Part shown: one piece after another, positions 10,137-20,815 of the stretch | Numbering within the stretch: the stretch's first letter is position 1 | Layout: each line of letters starts with the position of its first letter | Origin: an uncultured Gemmatimonadales bacterium | Lineage (GTDB): Bacteria; Gemmatimonadota; Gemmatimonadetes; Gemmatimonadales; GWC2-71-9 | Assembly (NCBI GenBank): GCA_963695555.1 | Contig: CAVOGR010000007.1 | Coordinates: forward strand, 96,001 to 160,000 | Length of the DNA stretch: 64,000 nucleotides | Direction of reading: 5' to 3' | Notes under the pieces: model-generated | What the model was told of the DNA's origin: nothing | What the model saw: the letters and a program-made list of their open reading frames with translations, nothing else | The model's database searches: none | Position numbers and translations under genes: made by a program

Positions 10137-10740
10137 ATGCGCGCAAGACATTTCGTTGCACCGATGCTGGCCGTGGCGTTCGCCGCGGGGTGCGCAGAAT
10201 CGCCCACGGAGGCCGACAGCGTGGCGACAGCCATCCAGACCGCGGAGCAGGCGGCCTTCGTGGCAACCAGTTCCATCGTCACCGCGACACCCCCCTTCGG
10301 TGGCGCGATCATCCCCGGCGCCGTCGGCGAGCTCGAAGCGCTTCCCGAACGGCGTGAACTTCATGCTGAAGACCAACGGGCTCACCGCTGGAGATGCGTA
10401 CACGCTCTGGGTCGCCGTCTTCAACCATCCGTCGGAGTGCAATGTCCCATATGCCTGCAATCCCGGCGACGAGTCCAACCCGGCCGTCGGCGCGGATCTG
10501 TTCAACGGCGCGGGACAGGTCGTGGGAGGAAGCGGAACGGCCACGTTCTCGGGCCGCGTCAACACGGGAGACACCGGGGATATCGGCACCGGCCTGCTCG
10601 AGGTGTTCGGAGCGCAGATCCATCTCGCCGTCCGTCACCACGGCCCGAAGCTCCCGGGCAACGCTCAGCTGAGCACGTTCAACGGTGGTTGCCCGCCCAA
10701 CACATGTGCAACCGTGCAGGTCGCGCAATTCTTGAACTGA
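10137..10740 (+). CDS. Secreted lipoprotein of unknown function (one frameshift near 10335)
   Basis: AGGAGGA RBS, ATG 10137, signal/lipobox 'MRARHFVAPMLAVAFAAGC'; continues in another frame as 'FPNGVNFMLKTNGLTAGDAYTLWVAVFNHPSEC...HLAVRHHGP...AQFLN*'. Confidence 0.7.
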
Positions 10741-10745
10741 GAGGG

Positions 10746-11751
10746 ATGATGACTCCGACATATCGTGCCTCGCTGTTGCTGCTCGTGCTGATGTTGGCGT
10801 GCGACGTCGGAGCGTCCGATCCCGCCGGGCTTGGAGAGCCGGTGGGGTCGGGCGCGGAAGCGTCCGCGATAGCGAGCGGACGCCCCGCGCTGGTCGAAGA
10901 GGGCCGCCGCCTGTTCTTCGAGGAGACCTTCGGCGGCAACGGCCGCACCTGCGGCAGCTGCCACCCCGCCCCCACACTCGTGCTCACCCCCGCCGACATT
11001 GCGGCCCTTCCGCCCGATGACCCGTTTTTCGCGGGAGTCATGGATTTCGATCCGGCGCAGGCCCAACAGGGCATGCTCCGCTACCCGCTTGGCGGGTCGT
11101 CGCTGTTCACGCCCGACGTGACGGTGTTCCGGGCCATCCCGACCATCCGCAACGTGCTGAAGACCGGCCCCTTCACGGCCGACGGGCGCGCCACGACGCT
11201 GCGGGAGCAGGCGCTCGAGGCCGCGATGCTGCACCTGCTGGACGGCGCGGCCAATCGTCCAGGCGAGCGGCTTCCGACTGCCGAGGAGCTGGATGCGATC
11301 GTCGCATTCGAGGAGGCGATGCGCGAGCCGGAGACCGGGGGACTGGGCCTGAAGCTCAAGACCGCCGAGGCTCGCGAGGGTCAGAAGCTGTTCTTCGGTG
11401 CGGCGCGGTGTACGGCCTGCCACCTACCGCCGATATTCACCGACAACCAGTTCCACAACATCCTGGCACCCGGCGGAGGCTCGGTGCCGGATCCGGGCCG
11501 CTGCCGCATCGGGCCGGGGCTCTCCCGACTGCTGGTCGGGCAGCGCGTTCAACACGCCGCAATTGCGCGGCATCCGGAACACAGCGCCGTTCTTCCACGA
11601 CAACAGCATGCCGACCCTGCGGGCCGTGGTAGAGTTCTACAACAGCTCCGCATTCAGTGAATCGCCGGCGGCCAAGCGGCTCGGGGTCGGCCCTCTGGGG
11701 CTCGGTACGGCCGAGGTCGATGCGCTGATCGCCTTCCTGGAGGAGCTGTAG
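10746..11751 (+). CDS. Di-haem cytochrome c, bCCP/MauG superfamily (frameshift near 11520)
   Basis: Two CxxCH (CGSCH, CTACH); 'GRRLFFEETFGGNGRTC', 'PTIRNVLKTGPF..DGRA.TLREQA'; after the shift 'FNTPQLRGIRNTAPFFHDNSMPTLRAVVEFY...LIAFLEEL'. Lipobox-like 'MLAC'. Confidence 0.82.
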
Positions 11752-11834
11752 CGGCGCGTTCGCGCTGAGGTGGACGAAGAGTCGGGCGACCCTGAATTGG
11801 GTCCCATCCGGATAGACGGTTATTTTACCCCCTC

Positions 11835-12446
11835 ATGGATGAGGGGAAGTCCCGGCCACTGTCGGGACCGGACCGCGAAGTCGCAGGTTCGCGCGGGCCG
11901 ACGCCGGCTGCAGGCGCGGCGGCCGGACCGCGCGAATCACTGGACGCGTTTGCGCTCAGGCTCTACGAAGAGCTCCGCAGCATCGCCCACCGCCAGTTGC
12001 GCGGCGAACGCGCCGATCACTCCCTTTGCACGACCGCGCTGGTCCACGAAGCCTATCTCAAGCTCGCACGTCTCGACCGGATGGAATGGCAGAACCGCGC
12101 CGATTTCTGCGCCGAGGCCGCCCGAGCGATGCGGAGGATTCTGGTCGACTACGCGGTCCGCCGCCGGGCGGCGAAGCGTGGAGGAGACCGGGTCCAAGTC
12201 GAACTGCACGACTCCCTTGCGCTGACCGATTCCCAGGCTGAAGAACTCCTGGCCCTTCAAGATGCCCTGACCACCTTCGAGAAAGAGTGGCCGCGCCAGG
12301 CGCGGGTCGTCGAGTGCCGCTTCTTCGCGGGCATGACGATTCCGGAAATGGCGGAAGCGCTGGGGATCGCGGAAGCCACGGTGTCGCGCGACTGGCAGCT
12401 GGCGCGGGCGTGGCTCAACCGGGCGTTGGCGACGGATACTCAGTGA
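11835..12446 (+). CDS. ECF sigma factor, TIGR02999-like (kinase-associated type)
   Basis: 'LYEELRSIAHRQLRGER.DHSLCTTALVHEAYLKL', 'ARAMRRILVDYA.RR.AAKRGG', 'ARVVECRFFAGMT..E.AEALGI..ATV.RDWQLARAWL'. Confidence 0.9.
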   Translation: MDEGKSRPLSGPDREVAGSRGPTPAAGAAAGPRESLDAFALRLYEELRSIAHRQLRGERADHSLCTTALVHEAYLKLARLDRMEWQNRADFCAEAARAMRRILVDYAVRRRAAKRGGDRVQVELHDSLALTDSQAEELLALQDALTTFEKEWPRQARVVECRFFAGMTIPEMAEALGIAEATVSRDWQLARAWLNRALATDTQ

Positions 12447-12481
12447 CTGGGGTTTGACCCGACCTCTCGCTCAACCATTGG

Positions 12482-15400
12482 CTACCCGCCCATCCGGGCC
12501 AAGCCCGCGCGGCCTTCGTCCACCCAGGGCTGGAGTTCCGGGTCAGCGTCATTCCACCATTCCACGAAGATGCGGTAGTGCTCCCGGGCCTTCTCGCGCT
12601 CGCCGAGCGCTTCGTAGACGCGGCCGAGCTGGTACTGGGCGGGAACGTAGTACCGCGACTCAGGATACAGGCTGAGGAAGTACCGCTCCGCGTCGTCGAC
12701 GCGTCCGGCCTCCAGCAGAAGGCGGCCGACATCGTAGCGAAGGAATGAGCCCTCATACCCGAGACCACCGATGATGAAGACCCGTTGCGCCGCCTCGAAA
12801 TCCCGAAGTCGATCCAGATCTCCCCGTCTGAGCGCAGCATAAGTGCGCAGTACTTCGAGGAAGGCAGCGATGGAATCGGCCCGGGCTGTGGTATTGTCGA
12901 CGGCGGCCTGAGTCTCGAGCTTCCTGCAGCGCCGCGGAGAGGTCGCTCCCGCGCGACTGGTCGATGGCATACAGGCTGAGCCAGAGCTCTTTCCGGAGAG
13001 CTCTGGGTTTCCCGACAAGCGACTTCGCGAGCCGGTCGGCGGCTGATGCGGCCGAGCTATCAGAGTAGGGAGACATTCGAAGTGTGAGCGAGTTGATATC
13101 CGTATTGCCCCGGAGCGCCCGGTGATCGTCCGCGCGGCCCACGATCGCGCGGGCCGCGCGCACCTCTCCGCGGAAGAGGTGCCCTTGGGTCATCAGTCCT
13201 AGAGCCACATTGGCTGCCAACGGGGGAGATTCCGGGCGCAGCAGGGCCAGCCCGGCTCGTTCCGACGCCTCGAAGACTTCATCGGTTGCTGCGACGGCGA
13301 CGACAGACGTCCCACACGGCCCAGTCACCTCGAACGCATCGTTCGGGAGCGTATCCAGCGCAGCCAGGGCGCGCTGCCGATCGATGTCCCCACCCCAACG
13401 CAGATCGTAAACGAGTCTGAAACAGAACTGGGACTGGTCCATACCGGATGCATCGAGCAGTGAGCGGACGCGGCTGGAGTCCAGGCGGGCGAACGCATCG
13501 TCCAGCAGGTGCATGTATGGTTCAGTGGAGTGGGGAGCGAGCGCGATCACCCGCTCGAAGGCATTTCGGTATTCCGCGGGCGACCGGAAATCCCTGCCTC
13601 CCGTGTGAAAACGGAGTTCCCCCATCTCGTTCCAGCCGTCGGCGTCGTCGGGATATTTCGTCGTCAGTCGCCGGAGCGCGGACTCCGACGCGCCAGAGGC
13701 AACATTTGCCGGAGACAGCTGCACTGACAGCAGCAACGAATCTCGCTCGGGGAGTCCTGCGCCGAGAGCGGCGGCACGATTGAGATACTCTTGTGCTGCC
13801 CTGCGACCGTCACCAGCCGACAGCATCGCCGATCCGAGGCGATAAAGCGCTCGGGCGAAGGTGCTGTCGAGCTCCACCGCCTCGCGATACTGGGCGGCGG
13901 CCGGGACCACCGGCCCTGGCGATACTCCCGCTCGCCCGCCAGGTACGCCTTCAGCGCGGGGAGCGACGCTGTGGTGGCACGAGCGAGATTCGGGACAGGG
14001 TAGCCTGCATCGGTCGGGACCAGCCCGAGTCGCAGCAGCTCGACCGCGAGCCGGTCGATCAGCGCGGTCAGGCTGTCGGTCCGTCCCTCCACCTGCGTGG
14101 ACCCGAGAAGGGTGGTCGACCGGCACGCCGTACACGCTGGCTCCCAGCCGGACGATTCCCTGGTGCCGACCTGCACGGCACTTCCAATCACGGCGTAGTG
14201 GCTCCCGCCGACTCTGCCACGGCGACCGCCGTGGTCGGGTCGTCTCCTCCCTGCGCCCACCGTCCGGTTCCAAATGGTCATGATCGACTGCGGGTCGATC
14301 TTCCGCAGGCGGTACGTCGTCGAAGTTGAACGAGAGCAGGTCCACCATGCCTTCGCGGAGCTCGGCGACCTCGTCTCCGACCGTCCGGAAGGGCAGGACG
14401 GCCACACCGGGGGCGGCATCGCCGGTCGCGTCCCGGGGTCGCGCGGGGCCTTCCGCCCGCGGGCCCCGTTCCGCGGCGCAGGTCCCCGACGGCGAACCAG
14501 GCCGCGGCCACGATCAACGCGCCGCCCAGGGCGCCCGCCAGCCCGATCGGCCACCGCCGGCTGGCCGGTTGGGCCGACATGGCGTCGAGAATCGCGGGGC
14601 GGACGCTGCGCGTGCGCCGCAGGCCGCCCGGCGTCGTCTCGAAGGCCCAGGCCAGGCACGCCAGCGCCAGCGGGAAGCCCAGCAGCACCAGCCACACGAG
14701 GAGCGTGACGGTCCATGCTGGAAGCCGGGATGTGCGGAAACAGGGCGCCGGCCACCTCGATGACGGCGAAGCCCATCACCCCATACATCGCGGCCACCCG
14801 GAACACGTGGCGGCGCTTCAGCTCCGCCAGGAACCGCTGCACAGACGGCGCGGGACGCGCGTCCAGGCCCTTCCCCGCGTCGGCCAAGACCCCCAGGTCC
14901 TGGGCGAGCGAGCGAGCGTCGGGATAGCGCTCCTCCGCCGACGCCGCGAGCAGCCGGCTCACGATCTCCGCCACGGCCCGCGGTACGGACGCCAGCGCGG
15001 CGATGACTTCGTCGGGTTCGGTCGCCGGCCGGCGGCCCGTCAGCATCTCATGCAGCACGGCGCCGAGCGACCACAGGTCCGAGCGGGCATCCACTTCGCC
15101 GCCCTGTGCGCTGTTCCGGTGACATGTAACTCATCGTCCCCGGAGTCTGGCCGGTTTGTGTCAGGCTCACATCGGCCAGCTTGGCCACACCGAAGTCGAG
15201 GAGCTTCACCCGCCCGCGGTCGGTGAGCAGCAGGTTGGACGGCTTGATGTCCCGGTGGATGACCCCGCGCTCGTGGGCGGCCGCCAGGCCGCGGGCCGTC
15301 TGCAGCGCAATCTGGATCGCCTCGGACACCGGCACTGGGCCGTATGTCAGACGCCGCTTCAGGGTCTCGCCCTCGTAGTAGGGCATAACGAGGTAGAGCT

Positions 15401-15881
15401 GGCCGTCGGTCGTCTCGCCCATGTCGTAGAGCGCGCAGACGTTTGTGTGGTCGATCGACGACACAACCCGCGCCTCCACCAGGAACCGGTCCCGGGCTGA
15501 TGGATCGCGGCTCAGCCACGCGGGGAGGAACTTCAGCGCCACGTCGCGGCCCAGCTTCGTATCCCGGGCGCGGTACACATCGCCCATCCCGCCGCTGCCG
15601 ATCGGCTCGCCGATCTCGTACTGCGCGATCGTTGTGCCGGAGTGGGCGTCGGCGGAGAGGGGAGACGATCCGTGGAGCCCGATAGGCTCGGGCGCGATGT
15701 CGGCGGTTAGACGATCGAGCACACCGTCGCTGTCGTGCGCGGCCAGCAGCGACTCGATCTCCGCGGCGAGCGCCGGATCTTCACTCGAGATCTCCGCCAG
15801 CGCGGTGGCACGCGCCGCGGAGTCTAGCGGTGCCAGGCGATGGAACAGCTCCTCGGCTCGCGCCAGGTCCTCAGGTCTCAA
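12482..15881 (-). CDS. Ser/Thr kinase - TM - TolB_N-like - TPR protein (several frameshifts)
   Basis: TTG 15881 with GGAGG; N-terminal 'RAEELFHRLA.LD.AAR...LAAEIESLL' typical of ECF-linked kinases. Kinase motifs in ORF 15048-15992; 'DARSDLWSLG' and 'FLAELKRRHVFRVA' in 13664-15094; TM segment in 14278-14697; 'AVLPFRTVG..EGMVDLL'; TPRs ending at 12482. Confidence 0.8.
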
Positions 15882-15990
15882 GCGACGCCTCCGCCCTGTC
15901 TTTTCGCTGAACCGTCTAATGATAGGCGTCCGTCTTTCCGACTGAAAGAGCAGACTCTTCGCCTGCCCGACGATGTTTCCCACGACATCC

Positions 15991-16019
15991 ACAACAAAGG
16001 CCCACCTTCGAGTGGGCCT
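15991..16019 (-). terminator. Intrinsic terminator downstream of the duplicated tRNA-Lys 3' end
   Basis: AGGCCCAC / GTGGGCCT stem (15998-16019) followed on the minus strand by TTGTTGT. Confidence 0.6.
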
Positions 16020-16038
16020 AAGTCCGTGTCATGTATGT

Positions 16039-16123
16039 AGTGCCCCGCCTAGGACTCGACGCTGAGCGCAAGCGAGGCCGCGAGGAAGCGGCCGACCGAG
16101 CGCGAACCGAGCAGCGGTCCGCG
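16039..16123 (-). repeat. tRNA-Lys 3'-end duplicate (att-like) plus conserved palindromic tail, copy A
   Basis: 16039-16059 AGTGCCCCGCCTAGGACTCGA is identical to 20337-20357; the tail 16060-16123 aligns with 20206-20268. Confidence 0.88.
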
Positions 16124-16333
16124 TTTGGCTCGCGCGCTGGTGCTCTGGGTAATGATCGTGCTGGGCGTCATCGGTGCTGGCATTAGTGGCTGCGTCCACC
16201 GGGTTCGACGATCCCGCGCGTGCCCGGCAGGCGCTCGAGGCGGTCGCGCGACAGGCACTGTTCGACGTATTAGGAGCGACGCATAGGAGCTGGCGCATCC
16301 AGGGCGCCGGTTCATGAGAGGAATGGTGAAGCC

Positions 16334-16839
16334 ATGGACAGACAGTCGCTGGATCAGGTGTGGGACCAGTTCCGCCAGAAATACGGCGTCTACCTGCGCC
16401 TGCTCGAGTCGTTTCCTGAAGACCGCTACCACGGCCATCCTGTGCCGGGGATGCGCACACCCGCTCAGCTGGTGGCCCACGTCTCCGGCACCGTGGTCCG
16501 CGACATCGCCCAAGGAGTTGCGAAGGGCGCGATCACGGCGGACGAGTCGTCGGAGGACACGGTTGCGGCGGGCTTCACGACGAAGCAGGAGTTGCTCGGC
16601 TTCGCCCGGGCATGCTGGGACCAGGCGAATGCCGCCGTGGCGGGAATTCGGCGACGCGCAGCTCGAAGGCGGTGGTGGCGACGCCGTGGAACATGAGCTT
16701 CCCGGGATGGGTCGGCTTCAACATCATGAGCGACGAGTTCCTGCACCGCGGGCAGCTCTATGCCTTCCTGCGGGTGTGCGGTGTCGAGCCGCCATTCATC
16801 TGGGGCTTCGACCAGAACGCCCCCGGCTTTCGGCCCTAG
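16334..16839 (+). CDS. DinB/YfiT-like protein (frameshift near 16650)
   Basis: 'LLESFPEDRYHGHPVPGMRTPAQLVAHV' N-terminus; 'DEFLHRGQLYAFLRVCGVEPP' C-terminal DinB motif in the second frame. Confidence 0.8.
16732..16835 (+). repeat. dinB-like 3' end, duplicated at 18146-18253
   Basis: GACGAGTTCCTGCA...GCCTTCCTGCGGGTG...GTCGAGCCGCC.TTCATCT.GGGCTTCG.CCAGAACGC occurs in both places. Confidence 0.85.
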
Positions 16840-17060
16840 AGGTCGGCGCACGAAGGCGGCGCGGTGAGCGCCCCCCAGGAGAGCTGGCCTATCAATCTGC
16901 GTGGTACCCCGCTGCGGACTGGCACTGCCGAACCGATACCCTCGCAACGTCGTCCTGAACCACGGTCGAGGTGCGAGTGACATGACCGTGGTGACGGCGG
17001 TCGAATACTCCTCCTACGGAGTGAACTCGACCACAGCGGTCCGCGGAACGCCGTCAGCCG

Positions 17061-18012
17061 CTAGGCGCCCTCCGAGGTTGCGGGTACGTTGATGCCGAAC
17101 GTCCATTTCCACCCGTCGGCGGTGTTGACATAGACCGACGTGCCCCAAATGGGTCCCACCGTCTGGCCGTAGCAGCTGCCGTCGGCGGCACCCTTGAAGG
17201 TCAGGATACCGACGGTCGGCGAGAGCATCGTGCCCGCGGCGTCGGTGACGCTGACGCTCTTGACATCGCATCCGGTCCCCGTCCAGTCCTTCAATGCATC
17301 GGCCTTGGTGGCGAAGTAGGTGCCGAAGATGTTGATGAACGAAATCTCCCTCGCCGTCAGCTCCTCCATTCGGCTGGCGTCGTGTGCTCTCCAGGCCTCC
17401 CAGAGGGCCCTTCTCGACTTCGAGCATGGCATCGGTGCCAGCATCGCGAGCGGCCGGTTCAGACTCGACCGCTGGAGACGCCACCTTCCTGCCGCCCGGT
17501 TTCGCGGCGGCCGCTTGTGGATCGACAACAGGAGCGTTGGCGTGGAACGCGGCTCTCCACGTGTCGCCGTCGCGCACGTAGACGGTCGCCGCCCAACTGC
17601 TCGTCGGGACTTTCTGACCGCTGCACGTGCCGTCAACGGTTGCCTCATACGTGATCAGCGCCGCCTCGTCGCCGAGCGACCTCATCTGCTCGTTGGAGAT
17701 GGCGTAGCTCATGATCTCGCAGTCAGCACCGGCGTATTCCCGTGCCGCCGATTTCTTATCGAGCCTGCCGGCTGAGCCATAGCCAACGAACGCGTCAGAC
17801 AGGAAGGTATCCCAGAACCTCGCGTCCTTCGCCTTCCACGCCTCATAGGCACTCGTTTCGAGCGTCACGAGTGCATCGACGGTAGGTGCGGCTGGAACGG
17901 TCTGTTCCGTCGTGCTGGCGTCGTTCGCTCGGCTCGCCGGCGCGGGTCGGTCGCAGGCCGTGACGACGAGAGCGGCCGCCGCGGTTAGGACGAGGCACTT
18001 GATCGTGGCCAT
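17061..18012 (-). CDS. Lipoprotein with tandem DUF4440/NTF2-like domains (frameshift near 17410)
   Basis: ATG 18012 with GGAGAC; lipobox 'VTAC'; two domains 'LE..AYEAWKAKDA...TVYVRDGDTWR' and 'ALWEAWRAHDA...SVYVNTADGWK'. Confidence 0.78.
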
Positions 18013-18145
18013 AGATTGTCTCCCCATGGGTTCCTGACATTGAATGCGCAGCCAAACGCGGCACGGGCCTTCCCGCGGCCGCCACCATGTCGGTCGGGGA
18101 TCAGTCCGGATTGCCGCCCGTAGCCTCGCCTGCGCGGACAATATA

Positions 18146-18253
18146 GACGAGTTCCTGCATCATCGCAGGCGGCTCTGTGCCTTCCTGCGGGTGCGCGGCG
18201 TCGAGCCGCCGTTCATCTCGGGCTTCGGCCAGAACGCGGCCGGGGTTTCGGCC
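18146..18253 (+). pseudogene. Degenerate copy of the dinB-like 3' end
   Basis: Translates 'DEFLHHRRRLCAFLRVRGVEPPFISGFGQNA' versus the intact 'DEFLHRGQLYAFLRVCGVEPPFIWGFDQNA'; no 5' part present. Confidence 0.8.
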
Positions 18254-18810
18254 GCAGGGCAGTGCCGGGTCCACCGGGGCAACCGCTGCTATGGCAGACA
18301 GGCCCGAGGCAGACCCACCGGACTCGGTCCTACCCACAGATCGGCTTGGATGTCAGGAACGTCGCACACGAGCCGGAGCGCCCCGTCGGGGGTGACGTCC
18401 CTCAGCATATGCGTAGGGGAGGGCACTGCGCTCACTGTCAGGAAGACGTGAACTGAGGACCCTGCAAGACGCCCGAAACAGAAGCTCGTACGCGCCATCA
18501 ACCTGACTGTACGTGGATTTGAGTTCCTTCACGGTGGTGACAACTAGTCCCCTGGGATTCGGTCATACTGCATGGTCTCTTTCGCAAACCGTAACCCGGA
18601 TTCCGGGGACGGGGGTGGAGTCAAGAGACGAACAGACGGATCCCCGAATGGTGGTGACCATGGGCGGTGGATCTGGCGGAGGTCCAGCTGGACCTGTCGT
18701 CAACGCAACCAGCCGAGAGGACGGCTGCGACAGTGCCTGCTGCGATCACCGTGATGAATGGTCGGACTCGCATAACGCCTCCCGTGCGAGAGAGTCACGT
18801 CCGCGCGTTC

Positions 18811-19383
18811 CTAGAACGCGATGCTCAACCCGATGCCGAGTCCGTCGGGTTGTGGCACGACGCCCACGTGCACCCGGTCGAGCGGTACTTCCTCCCAGCG
18901 GTCGGACCGAATCAGCAGGCCGACCACGCCACCGAGCAGGGCCCCCGCCGGTGCGCCGATGAGGACGCCGATTCCCGCCGCCGACTGTCCACAACCGGAC
19001 CAAATGATGCAGAATTCCTGCGTCGAACCAATCACCCCTCCGATGACCCCACCGGCGATCAACCCGAGGCCGAATCCGGGCCAGAAGTTGCCTTTCTTCC
19101 CTTCGACCATCCACACCTGGGCGATGGATGACCTCGGAATAGCGAGTTCTGCGTCGGATGACTCGGCGCGGATGCGGAGCGTGTCGTCATCAACGGATTG
19201 AGCGTATCCGGTGCTGCGTCGTGGGGAACGGCTGTCGCGACACTCCGTGACTTGATTGTGCACCAGCTTGCACCGATAGGCCACGCGAACCCGCTGACCC
19301 TGCTCGAGCACCGCTGTCTGTGCGAAGCCAATCCTCGGCGTGGACAGCACAATCAGGACGATCGTTGTGAGAACGCGAGACAT
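18811..19383 (-). CDS. Secreted/membrane hypothetical protein with glycine-zipper-like helices
   Basis: ATG 19383 with GGAGG; signal peptide; 'GFGLGLIAGGVIGGVIG...GALLGGVVG..IRSDRWEEV'; terminal aromatic residue F. Confidence 0.7.
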   Translation of the reverse strand: MSRVLTTIVLIVLSTPRIGFAQTAVLEQGQRVRVAYRCKLVHNQVTECRDSRSPRRSTGYAQSVDDDTLRIRAESSDAELAIPRSSIAQVWMVEGKKGNFWPGFGLGLIAGGVIGGVIGSTQEFCIIWSGCGQSAAGIGVLIGAPAGALLGGVVGLLIRSDRWEEVPLDRVHVGVVPQPDGLGIGLSIAF

Positions 19384-19649
19384 GGGACCCTCCGGGTTTG
19401 GTCCGGCTCGACATCGGCCAGACTGAAGTTCGGACCCAGGCTCACGTTGGCCGATTGGTGTCAAGTGAAGGTCAAGTCGGCCACGACCCTGCACGGAACG
19501 GGTGCTACACGGGATGGCAGATGCGGCTTGATCTCCACTTGCCGCAGGGCTCCCAAGATGTGACTGGAGGATCTGGGTCAACCGAGAGGAAATCATGTCA
19601 CGTCTTCGTAGGCTCCACCCCGTGACCTTCGACCTGGAGGGAGGGAGCG

Positions 19650-20133
19650 ATGAGATTCGTGCGACTGTGGTGTTACTGGATTCTGTTCTGCTGCGCGTGT
19701 GGCTCAGACTCCCCGACCGCACCGATGCCACCGTTGATAGAGGGTTCAGGTATGCTGCCGCCCTTTCCCCGCCTGACTCAGTCTTTGGAAGCACGGCATC
19801 CATCTCCGGGTCACATGCATGGGCCGTCTTGGCTCAGGCGCTAGAGTGCACATGGGGCAGGGAGGTCAGGACGGAGTCACGGCCCATCTCATGCTTTCAA
19901 TGGATGTACCTGCTCTGCAGTCTGGACTCCAACTGGGCGTCCATGATGTAGGGTCAGCCGTTCTGTGGGAATTTCATGGGCTCAGAAGGTGGGGCAGGCC
20001 ACCAGGTGTTCCTTCTCCGAGCCCGGGTACCATAACAATTACGGCGGTTCGCGGTGATGGCTTCTCAGCGGACTTCTCGGTGATGCTCACGTCCGTGACG
20101 ATCTTCTGGCAGCGCCAAAGGTGCCGTGGGTGA
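19650..20133 (+). pseudogene. Possible frameshifted lipoprotein
   Basis: GGAGGGAG RBS; 'MRFVRLWCYWILFCCACGSDSPTAP' lipoprotein-like start; plausible continuation in ORF 19819-20133. Confidence 0.4.
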
Positions 20134-20188
20134 GATCCGGTAGCCCTCATGGTCCTCCGACGTCTTGTCACACGATCTATCACGCAGA

Positions 20189-20298
20189 GCCCACCTGGGA
20201 CTCGACGCTGAGCGCGAGCGAGTCCGCCGGAGGCGGGCGACGGAGCGCGAACCGAACGACGGCCCGCGGCCAGCGGGTCGCCGCAACCTAGGACCTCC
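20189..20298 (-). repeat. Degenerate tRNA-Lys 3'-half copy split in the T-loop by a 79-nt palindromic insert, copy B
   Basis: 20189-20205 matches tRNA 20341-20357 at 14/17; insert 20206-20284; 20285-20298 AACCTAGGACCTCC matches tRNA 20357-20370 at 13/14. Confidence 0.8.
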
Positions 20299-20300
20299 GC

Positions 20301-20332
20301 AAAACAAAACGGCGACCCGCTACAGGTCGCCG
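20301..20332 (-). terminator. Intrinsic terminator of the tRNA cluster
   Basis: CGGCGACC / GGTCGCCG stem (20310-20332) followed on the minus strand by TTTTGTTTT. Confidence 0.85.
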
Positions 20333-20338
20333 AGTAAG

Positions 20339-20411
<73 letters not shown>

Positions 20412-20538
20412 GAAATAGAATCTGCAAAACTGCCATGCAAAGCGCGTTCAAGTGCTATCAGCTATCGGTCGGGTGCAGCGCTAGTAGCGTTAGCTGATAG
20501 CTCTTCCCACTCAAACTCACCACGGGGAATCTCCCCCA

Positions 20539-20610
20539 TAGCCCCAAGGGGAATCGAACCCCTATTACCACCTTGAAAGAGTGGTGTCCTAACCGTTAGA
20601 CGATGGGGCC
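20539..20610 (-). tRNA. tRNA-Glu(TTC)
   Basis: GGCCCCATCGTCTAACGGTTAGGACACCACTCTTTCAAGGTGG...GGTTCGATTCCCCTTGGGGCTA. Confidence 0.96.
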
Positions 20611-20626
20611 GGAACCACAACACGCA

Positions 20627-20698
20627 TAGCGCTAACGGGAATCGAACCCGTGTTTCCGCCTTGAGAGGGCGGCGTCCTCACCGCTAGACGATAGCGCC
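20627..20698 (-). tRNA. tRNA-Glu(CTC)
   Basis: GGCGCTATCGTCTAGCGGTGAGGACGCCGCCCTCTCAAGGCGG...GGTTCGATTCCCGTTAGCGCTA. Confidence 0.96.
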
Positions 20699-20742
20699 GT
20701 GAACAGCGGCTATTAGCTATTTAGCCAATAGCCGTTTTCCAA

Positions 20743-20815
20743 CAGGCCCGGCAGGACTCGAACCTGCAACCCCCGGTTTTGGAGACCGGTGCTCTACCAC
20801 TTGAGCTACGGACCT
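20743..20815 (-). tRNA. tRNA-Trp(CCA)
   Basis: AGGTCCGTAGCTCAAGTGGTAGAGCACCGGTCTCCAAAACCGG...GGTTCGAGTCCTGCCGGGCCTG. Confidence 0.96.

Noticed and set aside
10014..11660. 548-aa apparent lipoprotein-cytochrome fusion
   Set aside because: The middle segment is out-of-frame sequence. Two genes with their own signal peptides and single indels explain it.
20189..20298. Functional intron-containing tRNA
   Set aside because: Only the 3' part (variable loop to acceptor) is present. There is no D or anticodon arm, it lies beyond the terminator, and the insert is too short for a group I intron.
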